From NCBI GenBank assembly GCA_047602405.1, contig JASGHJ010000001.1, positions 1,504,001 to 1,568,000 of the forward strand: a stretch of 64,000 bases of DNA, written 5' to 3'. The translations under genes and the position numbers were made by a program. Shown here piece after piece: positions 39,892 through 51,746 of the stretch; position 1 is the first letter of the stretch; every line of letters starts with the position of its first letter. The DNA is from Anaeromyxobacteraceae bacterium (GTDB lineage: Bacteria > Myxococcota > Myxococcia > Myxococcales > Anaeromyxobacteraceae). The notes under the pieces were generated by a model. The model was not told the DNA's origin and ran no database searches. It was given only the letters and a program-made list of their open reading frames with translations.

Positions 39892-40095
39892 CTACGTCTT
39901 GCGGACGTTCGCGGCCTGAAGGCCCTTCGGACCCTTCACGACGTCGAACTCCACCTTCTGACCCTCGGCGAGGCTCTTGAAGCCGTCACCCTGGATGGCG
40001 GAGTAGTGGCAGAAGACGTCCTCGCCACCGTTGTCCTGCGTGATGAAGCCGAAGCCCTTCGCATCGTTGAACCACTTCACGGTACCAGTCGCCAT
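39892..40095 (-). CDS. Cold-shock protein (CspA family)
   Basis: [24 protein letters not shown]. Confidence 0.97.
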   Translation of the reverse strand: MATGTVKWFNDAKGFGFITQDNGGEDVFCHYSAIQGDGFKSLAEGQKVEFDVVKGPKGLQAANVRKT

Positions 40096-40436
40096 TCAAC
40101 GTCTCTTTCGCTGGAAACGACCGCCGGCATGACGTTCGGTCCGCCCCGAACCGGCGGACCCGAGATCCCTATCCGAAAAAATCGAAGGCGGAAAGAGATC
40201 ACGCTCCGTGCACGGATCGTACTCATCTGGGATATCGCCAGCCGTGAACTAGACCTGAGCGGTCAGGTTCACGTTCCGTCGCCCAGACGTTCTGTGGGTG
40301 GCCGTCCGAGCAAGCCCAGGTCTCACGCCACGCTGCGCCAAGCCCCCGGGGAGCCCGTCCTCCGGATCACCGCCGCCGACCACCGGGATCCCGCCCCGAG
40401 ACCTGCGGGCCACCCTGCGCTAGGCTCCCCGCCTTC

Positions 40437-41792
40437 ATGACCTCGAGCGTCACGCCCGCCGCGCAGCAGCCCCTCGTCGTGGCGGTCGACATGGGCTACG
40501 GCCACATGCGCGCCGCGACGCCGCTCGCCCGCATGCTCGGCACGGAGGTCGTGCAGGTGGACCGGCCGCCGCTCGTCGGGCCGGAGGAGGTGCGCACCTG
40601 GACGCGCCTGCGCAACGCGTACGAGACGGTCTCCCGGCTCTCCCAGGTGCCGATCGTGGGCGCGCCGCTCCGCTACGCGCTCGAGAGCGTGACCGACATC
40701 CCGCGGCTCTACCCGTACCGCGACCTCTCGGCGCCGACGCGCGGCGTGCGCACGCTCCACGGGCTCATCGCGAAGCGCGGGCTCGGCCGCGCGCTCGTCG
40801 AGCGGCTGCGCGAGACGGGGCAGCCGCTCCTCACGACCTTCTACTCGCCCGCCATCGTCGCGGACCACCACGGGCTCGACCGCGTCTTCTGCGTCGTCAC
40901 CGACACCGACCTCAACCGCGTCTGGGCGCCGCTCGACCCCCGGGCGACGCGCATCCAGTACCTCGTGCCCACCGCGCGGGCGCGCCGCCGCCTGCGCTCC
41001 TACGGCGTGCCGGCGGAGCGGATCACCGAGACCGGCTTCCCGCTGCCCCACGAGCTCCTCGGCGGCCCGGGGCTGCCGATCCTCAAGCGCAACCTCGCCG
41101 CCCGGCTCGTCCGGCTGGACCCGAAGGGCGAGTTCCGGCGCTCCATCCCCGAGGAGCTCGCGCACTTCCTCGGCGCGCTGGCGGCGGAGGAGGCCGGCAA
41201 GCCCGCCCACGTGGTGTTCGCGGTGGGTGGCGCGGGCGCGCAGTCCGAGCTCGCGGCCCGCTTCCTGCCGTCGATGCGCCGCGCGATCGAGGAGCTCCGG
41301 ATCCGTGTGACGCTGGTCGCGGGCGTGCGGCCCGAGGTCGAGGCGCGCTTCCGGGAGATCCTCCGCGGCGCGCGGCTCGAGCCGCTCCTCGGCCGCGGCG
41401 TCGACATCCTGCGCGGCGACGGCTTCGACGACTACTACGCGCGCTTCAACGCGCTCCTCGCCGGCGCGGACGTGCTCTGGACGAAGCCCTCCGAGCTCGC
41501 GTTCTACGCGGCGCTCGGGATCCCGCTCCTGTTCTCGAAGCCGGTGGGCGTGCACGAGCGCTACAACCGGCGCTGGGTGGTCGAGGCCGGCGCGGGGCTC
41601 AAGATGCGCGGCCTCGACAGCGCCGGCGAGTGGCTCTCCGACTGGCTCTCCGACGGCCTCCTCGCCTCGGCGGCGTGGTCGGGGTACATGCGCCTGCCGA
41701 AGTTCGGGCTCTACCGGATCCTGGAGGCGGTGGGCGCCTCGCCGCACGGGCGCGTCGGCGGCGGCACCGCGGCGACGCGGCTCGGCCTCTAG
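40437..41792 (+). CDS. Putative GT-B glycosyltransferase (MGDG synthase/UgtP-like)
   Basis: DMGYGHMRAA, VVTDTD, TGFPL, VGGAG, DVLWTKPSE, HERYN motifs parallel GT28 enzymes. Confidence 0.55.
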   Translation: MTSSVTPAAQQPLVVAVDMGYGHMRAATPLARMLGTEVVQVDRPPLVGPEEVRTWTRLRNAYETVSRLSQVPIVGAPLRYALESVTDIPRLYPYRDLSAPTRGVRTLHGLIAKRGLGRALVERLRETGQPLLTTFYSPAIVADHHGLDRVFCVVTDTDLNRVWAPLDPRATRIQYLVPTARARRRLRSYGVPAERITETGFPLPHELLGGPGLPILKRNLAARLVRLDPKGEFRRSIPEELAHFLGALAAEEAGKPAHVVFAVGGAGAQSELAARFLPSMRRAIEELRIRVTLVAGVRPEVEARFREILRGARLEPLLGRGVDILRGDGFDDYYARFNALLAGADVLWTKPSELAFYAALGIPLLFSKPVGVHERYNRRWVVEAGAGLKMRGLDSAGEWLSDWLSDGLLASAAWSGYMRLPKFGLYRILEAVGASPHGRVGGGTAATRLGL

Positions 41793-41813
41793 CGCGGGTG
41801 GTCCCGGGGAACC

Positions 41814-42554
41814 ATGCTCGTCGCCGTCTCGATCGCCTTCTGGGTCTTCTTCGTCGGCTCGCTGCCGGTCTTCTGGCTCGGCGCGGTGGTGGTCTTCCTC
41901 GCCACGGCCGCGTTCGATCGCCGGCGGACCGCGCTGCACCTCTACTCGTGCTTCTGGGCGTACCAGTACGTCTGGATGAACCCGCTCTGGCGGGTGAGGT
42001 TCACCGGGCGCGAGAAGCTGCCCTGGCGCGGCGCCGCGGTGATCGTCGCGAACCACCTCTCGCTCCTCGACGTGCTCGTGCTCTACGGCCTGTTCCGCCC
42101 GTTCAAGTGGGTCTCGAAGGCCGAGGTCTTCAAGGTGCCGTTCATCGGCTGGAACATGCGGATGAACGACCACGTCGCCGTGCTGCGCGGGAACCCGGAG
42201 AGCGTGCGGGACATGATGGATCACTGCCGCGCGCACCTCGCGCGCGGCACGCCCATCCTGATCTTCCCGGAGGGCACCCGCTCGCGCGACGGGCGGCTGC
42301 AGCGGTTCAAGGACGGCGCCTTCCGGCTCGCCGCCGAGGCGGGCGTGCCGGTCATCCCGCTCGCGGTGGTGGGGACCGGCGACGCCCTGCCGAAGCACGG
42401 CCTCGTGCTGCGCCAGGGGATGCGCGGGCACGTGACGGTGCTCGATCCGATCCCGCCCTCGAAGGACGCGGACGCCCTGCGCGAGGCCGCGCGCGCGGCG
42501 CTCATCGCGGCGCTGCCCGAGCACAATCGACCGCTGCCCGATCAGCGCGGCTGA
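41814..42554 (+). CDS. plsC: 1-acyl-sn-glycerol-3-phosphate acyltransferase (PlsC family)
   Basis: NHLSLLD (HX4D), FPEGTRS, FKDGAF. Confidence 0.85.
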   Translation: MLVAVSIAFWVFFVGSLPVFWLGAVVVFLATAAFDRRRTALHLYSCFWAYQYVWMNPLWRVRFTGREKLPWRGAAVIVANHLSLLDVLVLYGLFRPFKWVSKAEVFKVPFIGWNMRMNDHVAVLRGNPESVRDMMDHCRAHLARGTPILIFPEGTRSRDGRLQRFKDGAFRLAAEAGVPVIPLAVVGTGDALPKHGLVLRQGMRGHVTVLDPIPPSKDADALREAARAALIAALPEHNRPLPDQRG

Positions 42555-43684
42555 CGCGGCAGCCGCACCGTCATCACCACCTCGCCCTCGGCGGCGCGGC
42601 CGGTCACGTCGCCGCCGTGGGCGCGCGCGATCTCGCGGGCGATGAACAGGCCGAGCCCGAGGCCGGAGGCCTTCTTCGACTCCGCGTCCGGCGGGCGCGA
42701 GAACGGCTCGAAGAGCTGCGCGGCGACCTTCGGCGGCAGCTCGCCGGCGTTCCGGACCTCGAGCTCGACGCGGTCCTCCGCGCCGCGCACCGCGACGCGC
42801 ACCGGCTGGCCCGGCTCGCCGTGCTCGACGGCGTTCGCGAGCAGGTTCGAGGCGAGCTGCTCGAGCCGGTCCGGGTCCCACGCGCCCGCGGGGTCGCCCT
42901 CGAGCGTGAGCTCGAACCTTCGATCGGGCGACTGCGCCTCGAGCTCGTCGGCGACCTTCCGCACGATGGCGTCGAGCCGCGCCTCGCGGCGCTGCACCGG
43001 CAGGCCCGCGCCGAGGCGGGCGCGGGTGTACGAGAGCAGGTCCGCGATGATCCGCCCCATGCGCCCCGCGGAGGAGCGCACCCGGTCGACCGCGCGCGCC
43101 TGCCAGCCCTCGAGCCCGCCGCGCCCGTGGAGCAGCGCGGCCGACATGCTGATCGCACCGAGCGGGTTGCGCAGGTCGTGGCCGACCACCCCCAGGATGA
43201 AGTCCACCGCGCGCCGCCGCTCGTCGTCCCCCGCCGGGGCGCTCCTGTCCGGCACCGCCCGCGCGAGCCGGGCCTCGAGCGCGGCGAGGTCGGCCTGGGC
43301 CGCCGCGACCCGGAGCAGGGCCTCGGCCTCGGGGCCCGGGCCGTGCCGCCCCGCCATGGCGAGCACCACCGCGCCGCGCGAGAGCCGGAGCGGCGCGGCG
43401 GCCGCGGAGCGCGCCGACCGGGTGAACGGCGCGCCCGCCGGCCGCCCGCGCACGAGGCGACCGCGGCGCAGCGCGTGGGCGGCGATCGGCGGGGCGGGAC
43501 CGTCCGGCGCCACCCCGGCGCCGGCGGCGACGCGGAGGCGCCCGCCGGTCTCCAGCGCCACGAGCGCCCCGTCCGAGTCCGGCACCGCCTCCGCGAGCGC
43601 GACGGAGAGCGCGCGCAGCGCCCCGTCGCCGGGAGCGACGGCCAGGAGCCGTTCCAGGCCCGAAGCGGGGGCGCGGAGATGCAT
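42542..43684 (-). CDS. Sensor histidine kinase
   Basis: HDLRNPL H-box, NLLANAVEHG N-box, LFEPF, GLGLGLFI; start uncertain. Confidence 0.85.
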   Translation of the reverse strand: MHLRAPASGLERLLAVAPGDGALRALSVALAEAVPDSDGALVALETGGRLRVAAGAGVAPDGPAPPIAAHALRRGRLVRGRPAGAPFTRSARSAAAAPLRLSRGAVVLAMAGRHGPGPEAEALLRVAAAQADLAALEARLARAVPDRSAPAGDDERRRAVDFILGVVGHDLRNPLGAISMSAALLHGRGGLEGWQARAVDRVRSSAGRMGRIIADLLSYTRARLGAGLPVQRREARLDAIVRKVADELEAQSPDRRFELTLEGDPAGAWDPDRLEQLASNLLANAVEHGEPGQPVRVAVRGAEDRVELEVRNAGELPPKVAAQLFEPFSRPPDAESKKASGLGLGLFIAREIARAHGGDVTGRAAEGEVVMTVRLPRQPR

Positions 43685-43797
43685 CCGGGCGAAAGGGTGT
43701 TACCGCCGGTGCGCGACCGGAACCCCCGCGACGGGCCCCGTGACGCAGGGCGTCGTCCTTTACCTGTCCGGGTGCCACGGCTATCGTGGCCGTCCTC

Positions 43798-45336
43798 ATG
43801 ACCACGACCGGAAAGCCGATCGCGAAGGTGCTCGTCGCCAATCGCGGCGAGATCGCCGTGCGCGTCATGCGCACGTGCCGGGAGATGGGGATCCGCACGG
43901 TGGCGGTCTACTCCGACGCCGACCGCGGCTCCCTCCACGTGCGCACCGCGGACGAGGCCGTGCACATCGGGCCCTCGCCCTCGCGCGAGAGCTACCTGGT
44001 CATCGAGAAGATCGTCGACGCGTGCAAGCGCACCGGCGCCGACGCCGTGCACCCGGGGTATGGGTTCCTCTCCGAGAAGGCCACCTTCGCGCGCGCCCTC
44101 AAGGACGCGAAGATCACCTTCATCGGCCCGCCCGCCGAGTCGATGGACGCCATGGGCGTGAAGACCACCGCCCGCGCCAACATGAAGAGGGCCGGCGTGC
44201 CCACCGTGCCGGGCTCCGAGGGGCCCATCGCCGACGCCGACGAGGCGAAGCGGTACGCCGACTCGATCGGCTACCCGGTCATGATCAAGGCCGCGGCCGG
44301 CGGCGGCGGCAAGGGCATGAAGAAGTGCGAGCGGGCCGAGGACTTCCCGACGCTGTGGGCGTCGGCGAAGCGCGAGTCCGGCTCCGCCTTCATGGACGAC
44401 CGGCTCTACGTCGAGAAGTTCCTCGAGAAGCCGCGCCACGTCGAGATCCAGGTCTTCGCCGACGAGCACGGCGACGCGATCTGGGTCGGCGAGCGCGAGT
44501 GCTCGGTGCAGCGCCGCCAGCAGAAGGTCATCGAGGAGAGCCCGAGCTGCATCCTCGACGAGAAGATGCGCCAGGCGATGGGCGAGGTGGCGGTGCGCGC
44601 CGCCAAGGCGGTCGGCTACCGCGGCGCCGGCACGGTCGAGTTCCTCGTCGACGCCCACCGCAACTTCTACTTCCTCGAGATGAACACCCGGCTCCAGGTC
44701 GAGCACCCGGTGACCGAGCTCACCACCGGCCTCGACCTCGTGAAGCTGCAGATCGAGGTCGCCCAGGGCGGCCGCATCCCGCGCCAGGAGCAGATCGTCC
44801 GCCGCGGCCACGCCATCGAGGCCCGCATCTACGCCGAGGATCCCTCGAAGGGCTTCGCGCCGTCGCCGGGCCGCATCAACTACCTGCGCATCCCGAGCGG
44901 CCCGGGCGTCCGCGACGACTCGGGCGTGTACGGCGGCTGGATCGTCCCGCAGTTCTACGACCCGATGCTCTCGAAGCTGCTCGCCTGGGCGCCCACCCGC
45001 GAGGAGGCCATCGCGAAGCTCGTCCGCGCGCTCGAGGAGTACATCATCACCGGCATCACCGCGAACGTCGGCTACCTCGCCCGCGTGCTGCAGCACCCCG
45101 CCTTCCGGTCGGGCGACTACGACACCGGCTTCTGCGCGAAGTACGAGCGGGACCTCCTGCCGCGCAACGACCCGAAGCACGAGATGCTCGCGGTCGTGGC
45201 CGCGGCGATCTCGGCCCACACGACCGACCGGGCCGAGGCGGAGGCGTTCGCGGCGCGGAGCGGCCAGAGCGCCGCCACGTCGCGCTGGGTGAAGCTCGGC
45301 CGCGCGCGCCAGCTGCGCGGGGGGGGATCTAGATGA
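43798..45336 (+). CDS. Biotin carboxylase subunit of acyl-CoA carboxylase
   Basis: KVLVANRGEIA, HPGYGFLSE, GGGGKGM, RECSVQRR, EMNTRLQVEHPVTE. Confidence 0.93.
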   Translation: MTTTGKPIAKVLVANRGEIAVRVMRTCREMGIRTVAVYSDADRGSLHVRTADEAVHIGPSPSRESYLVIEKIVDACKRTGADAVHPGYGFLSEKATFARALKDAKITFIGPPAESMDAMGVKTTARANMKRAGVPTVPGSEGPIADADEAKRYADSIGYPVMIKAAAGGGGKGMKKCERAEDFPTLWASAKRESGSAFMDDRLYVEKFLEKPRHVEIQVFADEHGDAIWVGERECSVQRRQQKVIEESPSCILDEKMRQAMGEVAVRAAKAVGYRGAGTVEFLVDAHRNFYFLEMNTRLQVEHPVTELTTGLDLVKLQIEVAQGGRIPRQEQIVRRGHAIEARIYAEDPSKGFAPSPGRINYLRIPSGPGVRDDSGVYGGWIVPQFYDPMLSKLLAWAPTREEAIAKLVRALEEYIITGITANVGYLARVLQHPAFRSGDYDTGFCAKYERDLLPRNDPKHEMLAVVAAAISAHTTDRAEAEAFAARSGQSAATSRWVKLGRARQLRGGGSR

Positions 45337-45842
45337 GCTCGTACGTGGCCCTCCTCGACGGGGGCAAGCGCGAGGTCAAGGTCGAGGTCAAGGAGACGAG
45401 CCCCGGCATCTTCGAGGTGAAGGCGGGCGACGAGGTCCACGTCGTCGACGTGCACTTCGGCCGGCACCTGCTCCAGCTGCTCGTGGACGGGGCCTGCTAC
45501 CAGGCGGTCCTCGACCCGCGCGGCGACCAGCTGCGCGTGCGGGTGGGCGACTCCACCTACCCGATGGAGCTGCTCGACGAGCGCCGGCTGCGCCTGCGCC
45601 ACGCCGCGGGCAAGTTCCACGCGGAGGGCAAGCAGAACCTCACCTCGGCGATGCCCGGCAAGGTGGTCAAGATCCTCGTCAAGGTCGGCGACGAGGTGAA
45701 GGAGGGCCAGGGGCTCGTGGTCGTCGAGGCGATGAAGATGGAGAACGAGATGAAGAGCCCGAAGGACGGCAAGGTCGTCGAGATCTTCGTCGACGAGGGC
45801 GAGGCGGTGGAGGGCAACTCGAAGCTCCTCGCCGTGGAGTAG
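45333..45842 (+). CDS. Biotin carboxyl carrier protein
   Basis: EAMKMENE biotinylation motif. Confidence 0.93.
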   Translation: MSSYVALLDGGKREVKVEVKETSPGIFEVKAGDEVHVVDVHFGRHLLQLLVDGACYQAVLDPRGDQLRVRVGDSTYPMELLDERRLRLRHAAGKFHAEGKQNLTSAMPGKVVKILVKVGDEVKEGQGLVVVEAMKMENEMKSPKDGKVVEIFVDEGEAVEGNSKLLAVE

Positions 45843-45905
45843 GAGCAGGAGCAGAAGCAGCAGCGCAACAGCGGTGCCATCGTTCCGGGCAGAAAGATCC
45901 AAAGG

Positions 45906-47561
<1,656 letters not shown>

Positions 47562-47567
47562 GGGCGA

Positions 47568-49469
47568 GTGTCGTCCGACCCGCCGAAGCGCCCGGGGGGG
47601 CCGCCCCCGGGGCCACCCAGACTCGACCGCGTGCCCGAGGGCTACCGTCCCCCGGCGCTGCGCCCTGCCGTGCCGGCGTCCGCGCCGGCGGCCCCGGGCG
47701 CAGCGGCGGGGCCCGGCGCGCCCGCGGCGCCGGCCGCACCGGCCGCCGCCGGCGGCCCGCCGCCCCCCGAGCCCGCCCGGAAGTACGTCCGCGGGTACGT
47801 CGAGGCGGGGCTCGAGGTCACGCCCGACGCCGCGATGGCCGCGGGCATCCCGCTCACCGGCAACCTCGACCTCGCCTCGCCGCTCCGCCTCTTCTCGCTC
47901 GCCGCCGCCATGCAGGCGAACGGGATGCTCTCGATCACCGACGACGTCGCGACCCGGGCGCTCGTCTTCCGGCGCGGCACGGTCGAGCACGCCTCCTCCA
48001 CCTCGGCCGAGGACGACCTGTTCGCCTTCCTGGTGCGCAAGGGCGCCCTCAAGCCCGAGGTGCTCCCCGCGGCCGAGGCCGCGCGCAACGCGGCCGGTGG
48101 CGACGCGGTGGCGGGGCTCTTCGCGGCGCAGCTCGTGAGCGCGTCCGGGGTGGCCGCCCTCCTCGCCGAGCACGGCGCCGCGGTCGTGGCCCGCGCGCTC
48201 GCCTCCGAGCACGGCGGCTGGCGCTGGGAGCCCAACGTGCCGCCGCCGCCGTCGGGCTTCCCGCTCGGCAACTCCTACGGGCTCCTCTGCGCCGCCGCCC
48301 GCGCGCTCGACGTCGGCGCGGTCCGCCTGCGGCTCGGCGAGCGCGAGACCCGCGCGGCCTCCCGCATGGGCAGCCGCATCCGGCTCGAGGACCTGAAGCT
48401 CACGCCCCAGGAGGCGCGCGTCGCGGCCGCCTTCGACGGGCGCAGCCCCGAGGAGATCGCGGCGCTCGCCCCGGCCGACGCGCCGACCATCATGCGGCTC
48501 GCGCTCCTCCTCGCGGAGTGCGACCTCCTCACCTTCGGCGCGGTGCGGGAGGTCCCGAAGGTCACCCCCGCCACCGCCCCGCCGCCTCCGGCCCCGGCGG
48601 CGCCCGCGCCCGCCGCGGCGGCCACCGCCCCGCCGCGCGCGACCCCGGTCCCGCGGCCCGGCACGGCCCCGGCGCCCGCCGCCGCGCGGCCTCCGGCGCC
48701 CCGGCCCGCGACGACGCCCGCCCCCGTGCCGAACAAGGCCGCGTCTCCCGCGCGGTCACCCGCGCCCGTGCCCGCCCCGGCGAAGCCCGCCGCGGCGAAC
48801 CTCGACGTCGCGGCCCTCCGCGCGCTCGCCGCGTCCCTCGGCGAGAAGGACCACTTCGAGGTCCTCGGCGTGAAGCGCGACGCGCCCGCCGCCGCCGTGA
48901 AGGCCGCGTACTTCTCCCTCGCGAAGGCCTACCACCCCGACGCCGTGCCCGCGGGCGCGCCGGACGAGGTCAGGAAGCTCGCCGCCGGCGTGTTCGCCCG
49001 CATCGGCGAGGCCTGGGGCGTGCTCTCCGACGAGGCGCGCAGGAAGGCCTACCTCGACGAGCTCGCGAGCGGCGGCCCCGCCGACGTGGACGTCGCCGCG
49101 ATCTTCGGCGCCGAGAACGCGTTCCAGCTCGGCACGCTGCTCGTGAAGGCGCGCAAGTACGACGAGGCCATCCAGAAGTTCGACGAGGCCATCGGGCTCA
49201 ACGCGACCGAGCCCGAGTTCGGCATGTGGAAGGCCTGGTGCGAGTTCCTCCTCGTCGAGGACCGCAAGAAGGCCTACCCGCCGAAGGCCGCCGCCATCGA
49301 GGCCCTGCTGAAGCAGAACCCGCGCTGCGCGCAGGGCTACCTGTTCCTCGGCCAGATGTCGAAGCTCGTCGGCGAGCCCAAGGTCGCCGAGAAGCACCTC
49401 AAGCGCGGCCTCGAGGTCGCGCCCGACCACGCCGAGCTCCAGCGCGAGCTCAAGTACCTCGGAAAGTAG
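47568..49469 (+). CDS. DUF4388-like + DnaJ domain + TPR protein
   Basis: DHFEVLGV...AKAYHPD J-domain; C-terminal TPR-like helices. Confidence 0.82.
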   Translation: MSSDPPKRPGGPPPGPPRLDRVPEGYRPPALRPAVPASAPAAPGAAAGPGAPAAPAAPAAAGGPPPPEPARKYVRGYVEAGLEVTPDAAMAAGIPLTGNLDLASPLRLFSLAAAMQANGMLSITDDVATRALVFRRGTVEHASSTSAEDDLFAFLVRKGALKPEVLPAAEAARNAAGGDAVAGLFAAQLVSASGVAALLAEHGAAVVARALASEHGGWRWEPNVPPPPSGFPLGNSYGLLCAAARALDVGAVRLRLGERETRAASRMGSRIRLEDLKLTPQEARVAAAFDGRSPEEIAALAPADAPTIMRLALLLAECDLLTFGAVREVPKVTPATAPPPPAPAAPAPAAAATAPPRATPVPRPGTAPAPAAARPPAPRPATTPAPVPNKAASPARSPAPVPAPAKPAAANLDVAALRALAASLGEKDHFEVLGVKRDAPAAAVKAAYFSLAKAYHPDAVPAGAPDEVRKLAAGVFARIGEAWGVLSDEARRKAYLDELASGGPADVDVAAIFGAENAFQLGTLLVKARKYDEAIQKFDEAIGLNATEPEFGMWKAWCEFLLVEDRKKAYPPKAAAIEALLKQNPRCAQGYLFLGQMSKLVGEPKVAEKHLKRGLEVAPDHAELQRELKYLGK

Positions 49470-49510
49470 GAGCCGTGCCCGCCCCGACGAACCCCAAGAA
49501 GAAGTCGCTC

Positions 49511-49885
49511 ATGCCGTCGAGCCCGCTCCGCCGCGCGCTGCGCGCCGCCGGGCACCACAAGGACCCGGTGGTGCAGGTCGGCAAGGAGGGGCTCACCGAC
49601 GCCGTGCGGAGCCAGCTCGACGAGCAGCTGCTGGCGCACGAGCTCGTGAAAGTGAAGGTCGGCGGCGAGAGCCCCGAGGACCGCTTCGAGGTCGCGGCGC
49701 TCCTCTCCGAGGGCACCGGCGCGTCCATCGCGCAGATCCTCGGGCGCACCGTGCTCGTCTACCGCCGCCACCCGCGCAAGCCCCGCTTCGAGCCCTGGGG
49801 CAAGGGCGAGACCCCGCCCGCGCCGCCGAAGCCGCCGGAGCGGAAGAAGCGGCTGATGCAGCGGAACCCGCGCCCGAAGCGGTAG
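49511..49885 (+). CDS. yhbY: YhbY/CRM RNA-binding protein
   Basis: LRAAGHHKDPVVQVGKEGLT, HELVKVKV, QILGRTVLVYR; alternative GTG start at 49475. Confidence 0.88.
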   Translation: MPSSPLRRALRAAGHHKDPVVQVGKEGLTDAVRSQLDEQLLAHELVKVKVGGESPEDRFEVAALLSEGTGASIAQILGRTVLVYRRHPRKPRFEPWGKGETPPAPPKPPERKKRLMQRNPRPKR

Positions 49886-49939
49886 CGCCCGCAGCTTCCC
49901 AGCGAAGCTTCCGCCGCAGCCGGAGGCTGCGGTCAGGCG

Positions 49940-50066
49940 TCCCTCGACTCCGGCCCGCGGAGCTTCGCTCCGCGGCGCCTACGCTCGGGATGAACGGAGC
50001 TGATCCAGGGGTGGGGTGCTCGCTCATCCCGAGCGTAGGCCCGCGCAGCGGGCCGGAGTCGAGGGA
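49940..50066. repeat. REP/REPIN-like inverted doublet between convergent genes
   Basis: TCCCTCGACTCCGGCCCGC pairs with GCGGGCCGGAGTCGAGGGA; GCCTACGCTCGGGATGA pairs with TCATCCCGAGCGTAGGC. Confidence 0.85.
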
Positions 50067-50087
50067 AGGCACCCCGTGCAACTCAGC

Positions 50088-50393
50088 TCAATGCAGATCG
50101 CCGTCGCGGCCCTTCACGTAGCCCGACTGGCCGTCGAGCTCGTGGCGAGCGCGCGCGGCCTCGACGTCCTCCTCGTCGGCGACGCCCTTCTCGACGAGCA
50201 GGTTCTCGGCGACCTCGCCGGAGACCGCCGCGCGGGCGACGTCCTGCTCGGCGAGCTCGAGGCGCGCGGAGACGTCGCGCAGCTCCTGGGCCAGCTCGGC
50301 GACGCGCAGCTCGAGCGTGCGCTCGTGGCGCCGCGCCCGGAGGAACAGGGCGGCGATGAGCACGAACGCGGAGGCGACCGTCAGGCTCAGCAC
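50088..50393 (-). CDS. Hypothetical membrane-anchored coiled-coil protein
   Basis: N-terminal TM helix then coiled coil; high GC3; start uncertain. Confidence 0.6.
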   Translation of the reverse strand: MLSLTVASAFVLIAALFLRARRHERTLELRVAELAQELRDVSARLELAEQDVARAAVSGEVAENLLVEKGVADEEDVEAARARHELDGQSGYVKGRDGDLH

Positions 50394-50539
50394 GGGGCGG
50401 ATGCTACCGACCGTCACGGCGCGCGGCAAGGACGGGGAGCGGGGGACTCGTGCGCCGAGGTGGGGGGGTGTCGGCGGTCAAAGACTTCCGGATTTGCCGC
50501 CCTTGCCGGAGGTGTAAGCCTGCGACACACTCCGAGCGG

Positions 50540-51154
50540 ATGCTGCTGCGGCTCAACATGACGCGCGCCGTGAAGGCGCTCATCCGGGACGTCGCGCGGC
50601 GCCTGCCCGAGCTCGAGCACGTGCGGCCGGCGCGGATCCTCGTCGTCGCCGGAGAGGCGCGCCGCGCCTCGCGGGCCACCATCCGGCCCGCGCACTACGA
50701 CGGCACCGGCGGCCGCGCCGGCCACGGCGCGCGCACGAAGCCGCTCATCCGCGTGAAGGGCCGCAAGATCCTCTACGTCATCACGCTGCGGCCGCTGTGG
50801 TTCCTCGACTCGACGCCGGAGGAGCGGATCCACACGATCCTGCACGAGCTCTACCACGCGGCCCGCGCGTTCGACGGCACGCTCGACCCCGCGCGCCGCC
50901 ACGCGCGCCTGCCGCTCGCGCGGTACGACCGCCGCATCGCGCGCCTCGTGGAGCGCTACCTCGAGCTCGCTCCGCCGGAGGTGCTCGCGCCCTTCGCGAC
51001 GAGCGGCATCGTGCGCGCGCGCATGTGGCTCGAGCGCCCCGCCGCGGCGTACGACGAGGAGGCCTACCGCGGACGCCGCACGTACACCGAGGAGCAGCTC
51101 TTCCTCGGCCACGTGCGGATGGTGAGCCGCAGGCGTCGCCGCACGGTGAACTGA
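50540..51154 (+). CDS. Putative zinc metallopeptidase
   Basis: TILHELYH (HEXXH) motif. Confidence 0.65.
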   Translation: MLLRLNMTRAVKALIRDVARRLPELEHVRPARILVVAGEARRASRATIRPAHYDGTGGRAGHGARTKPLIRVKGRKILYVITLRPLWFLDSTPEERIHTILHELYHAARAFDGTLDPARRHARLPLARYDRRIARLVERYLELAPPEVLAPFATSGIVRARMWLERPAAAYDEEAYRGRRTYTEEQLFLGHVRMVSRRRRRTVN

Positions 51155-51158
51155 GGCC

Positions 51159-51713
51159 TCACGGCGCCGTCTGCTGCAGGTGCAGGTTCGCTCCGTGCGC
51201 GTCCATCGTGACGACCGCGGGAAGCCCACGCACCTCGAGGTCCCAGAGGGCCTCGGCGACGCCGAGCTCGTCGAGGAGGTGCACGCCGTGCACCTTCACC
51301 ACCGACCGCGCGAGCGTCACCGCGAGGTCCGGCGGCGCGTGCAGGTAGACCGCGCCGTGCGCCGCGAGGGCCTCGCCGGTCGCCGGGCCCATGCCGCCCT
51401 TCCCGAGCAGGCCGCGCACGCCGTAGCCGGCGACGACCGCGGGGGTCCAGGCCTCCACGCGCGCCGACTCGGTAGGCCCCGCCGCCACGACGCGCCAGGC
51501 GCGGGTGCCGGGGTCGGAGACCACGACCGGCGCGCAGTGGTAGAGCACGCGCCCCCGGAGGAGCGCCCGGGCCTTCGGGTCGTCGGCCCGCGCGAGGTGC
51601 TGGTGCGCAGCCTCGCGCGCGGTGCAGAGGCGCCCCGACAGGCGCACCGCGTCCCCGACGCGCAGGGCGCGGATGGCCTCCTCGGAGGCGGGCAGGGTGA
51701 GCTCGTGCACCAT
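51159..51713 (-). CDS. Fe-S hydro-lyase (class I fumarase/tartrate dehydratase) beta-type domain protein
   Basis: LRVGDAVRLSG, AREAAH, AAGPTESARVE, GKGGMG, VVTMDAHG. Confidence 0.82.
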   Translation of the reverse strand: MVHELTLPASEEAIRALRVGDAVRLSGRLCTAREAAHQHLARADDPKARALLRGRVLYHCAPVVVSDPGTRAWRVVAAGPTESARVEAWTPAVVAGYGVRGLLGKGGMGPATGEALAAHGAVYLHAPPDLAVTLARSVVKVHGVHLLDELGVAEALWDLEVRGLPAVVTMDAHGANLHLQQTAP

Positions 51714-51746
51714 CGGGCCGGCGCCCAGGCTACCATCCCGGCCCGC

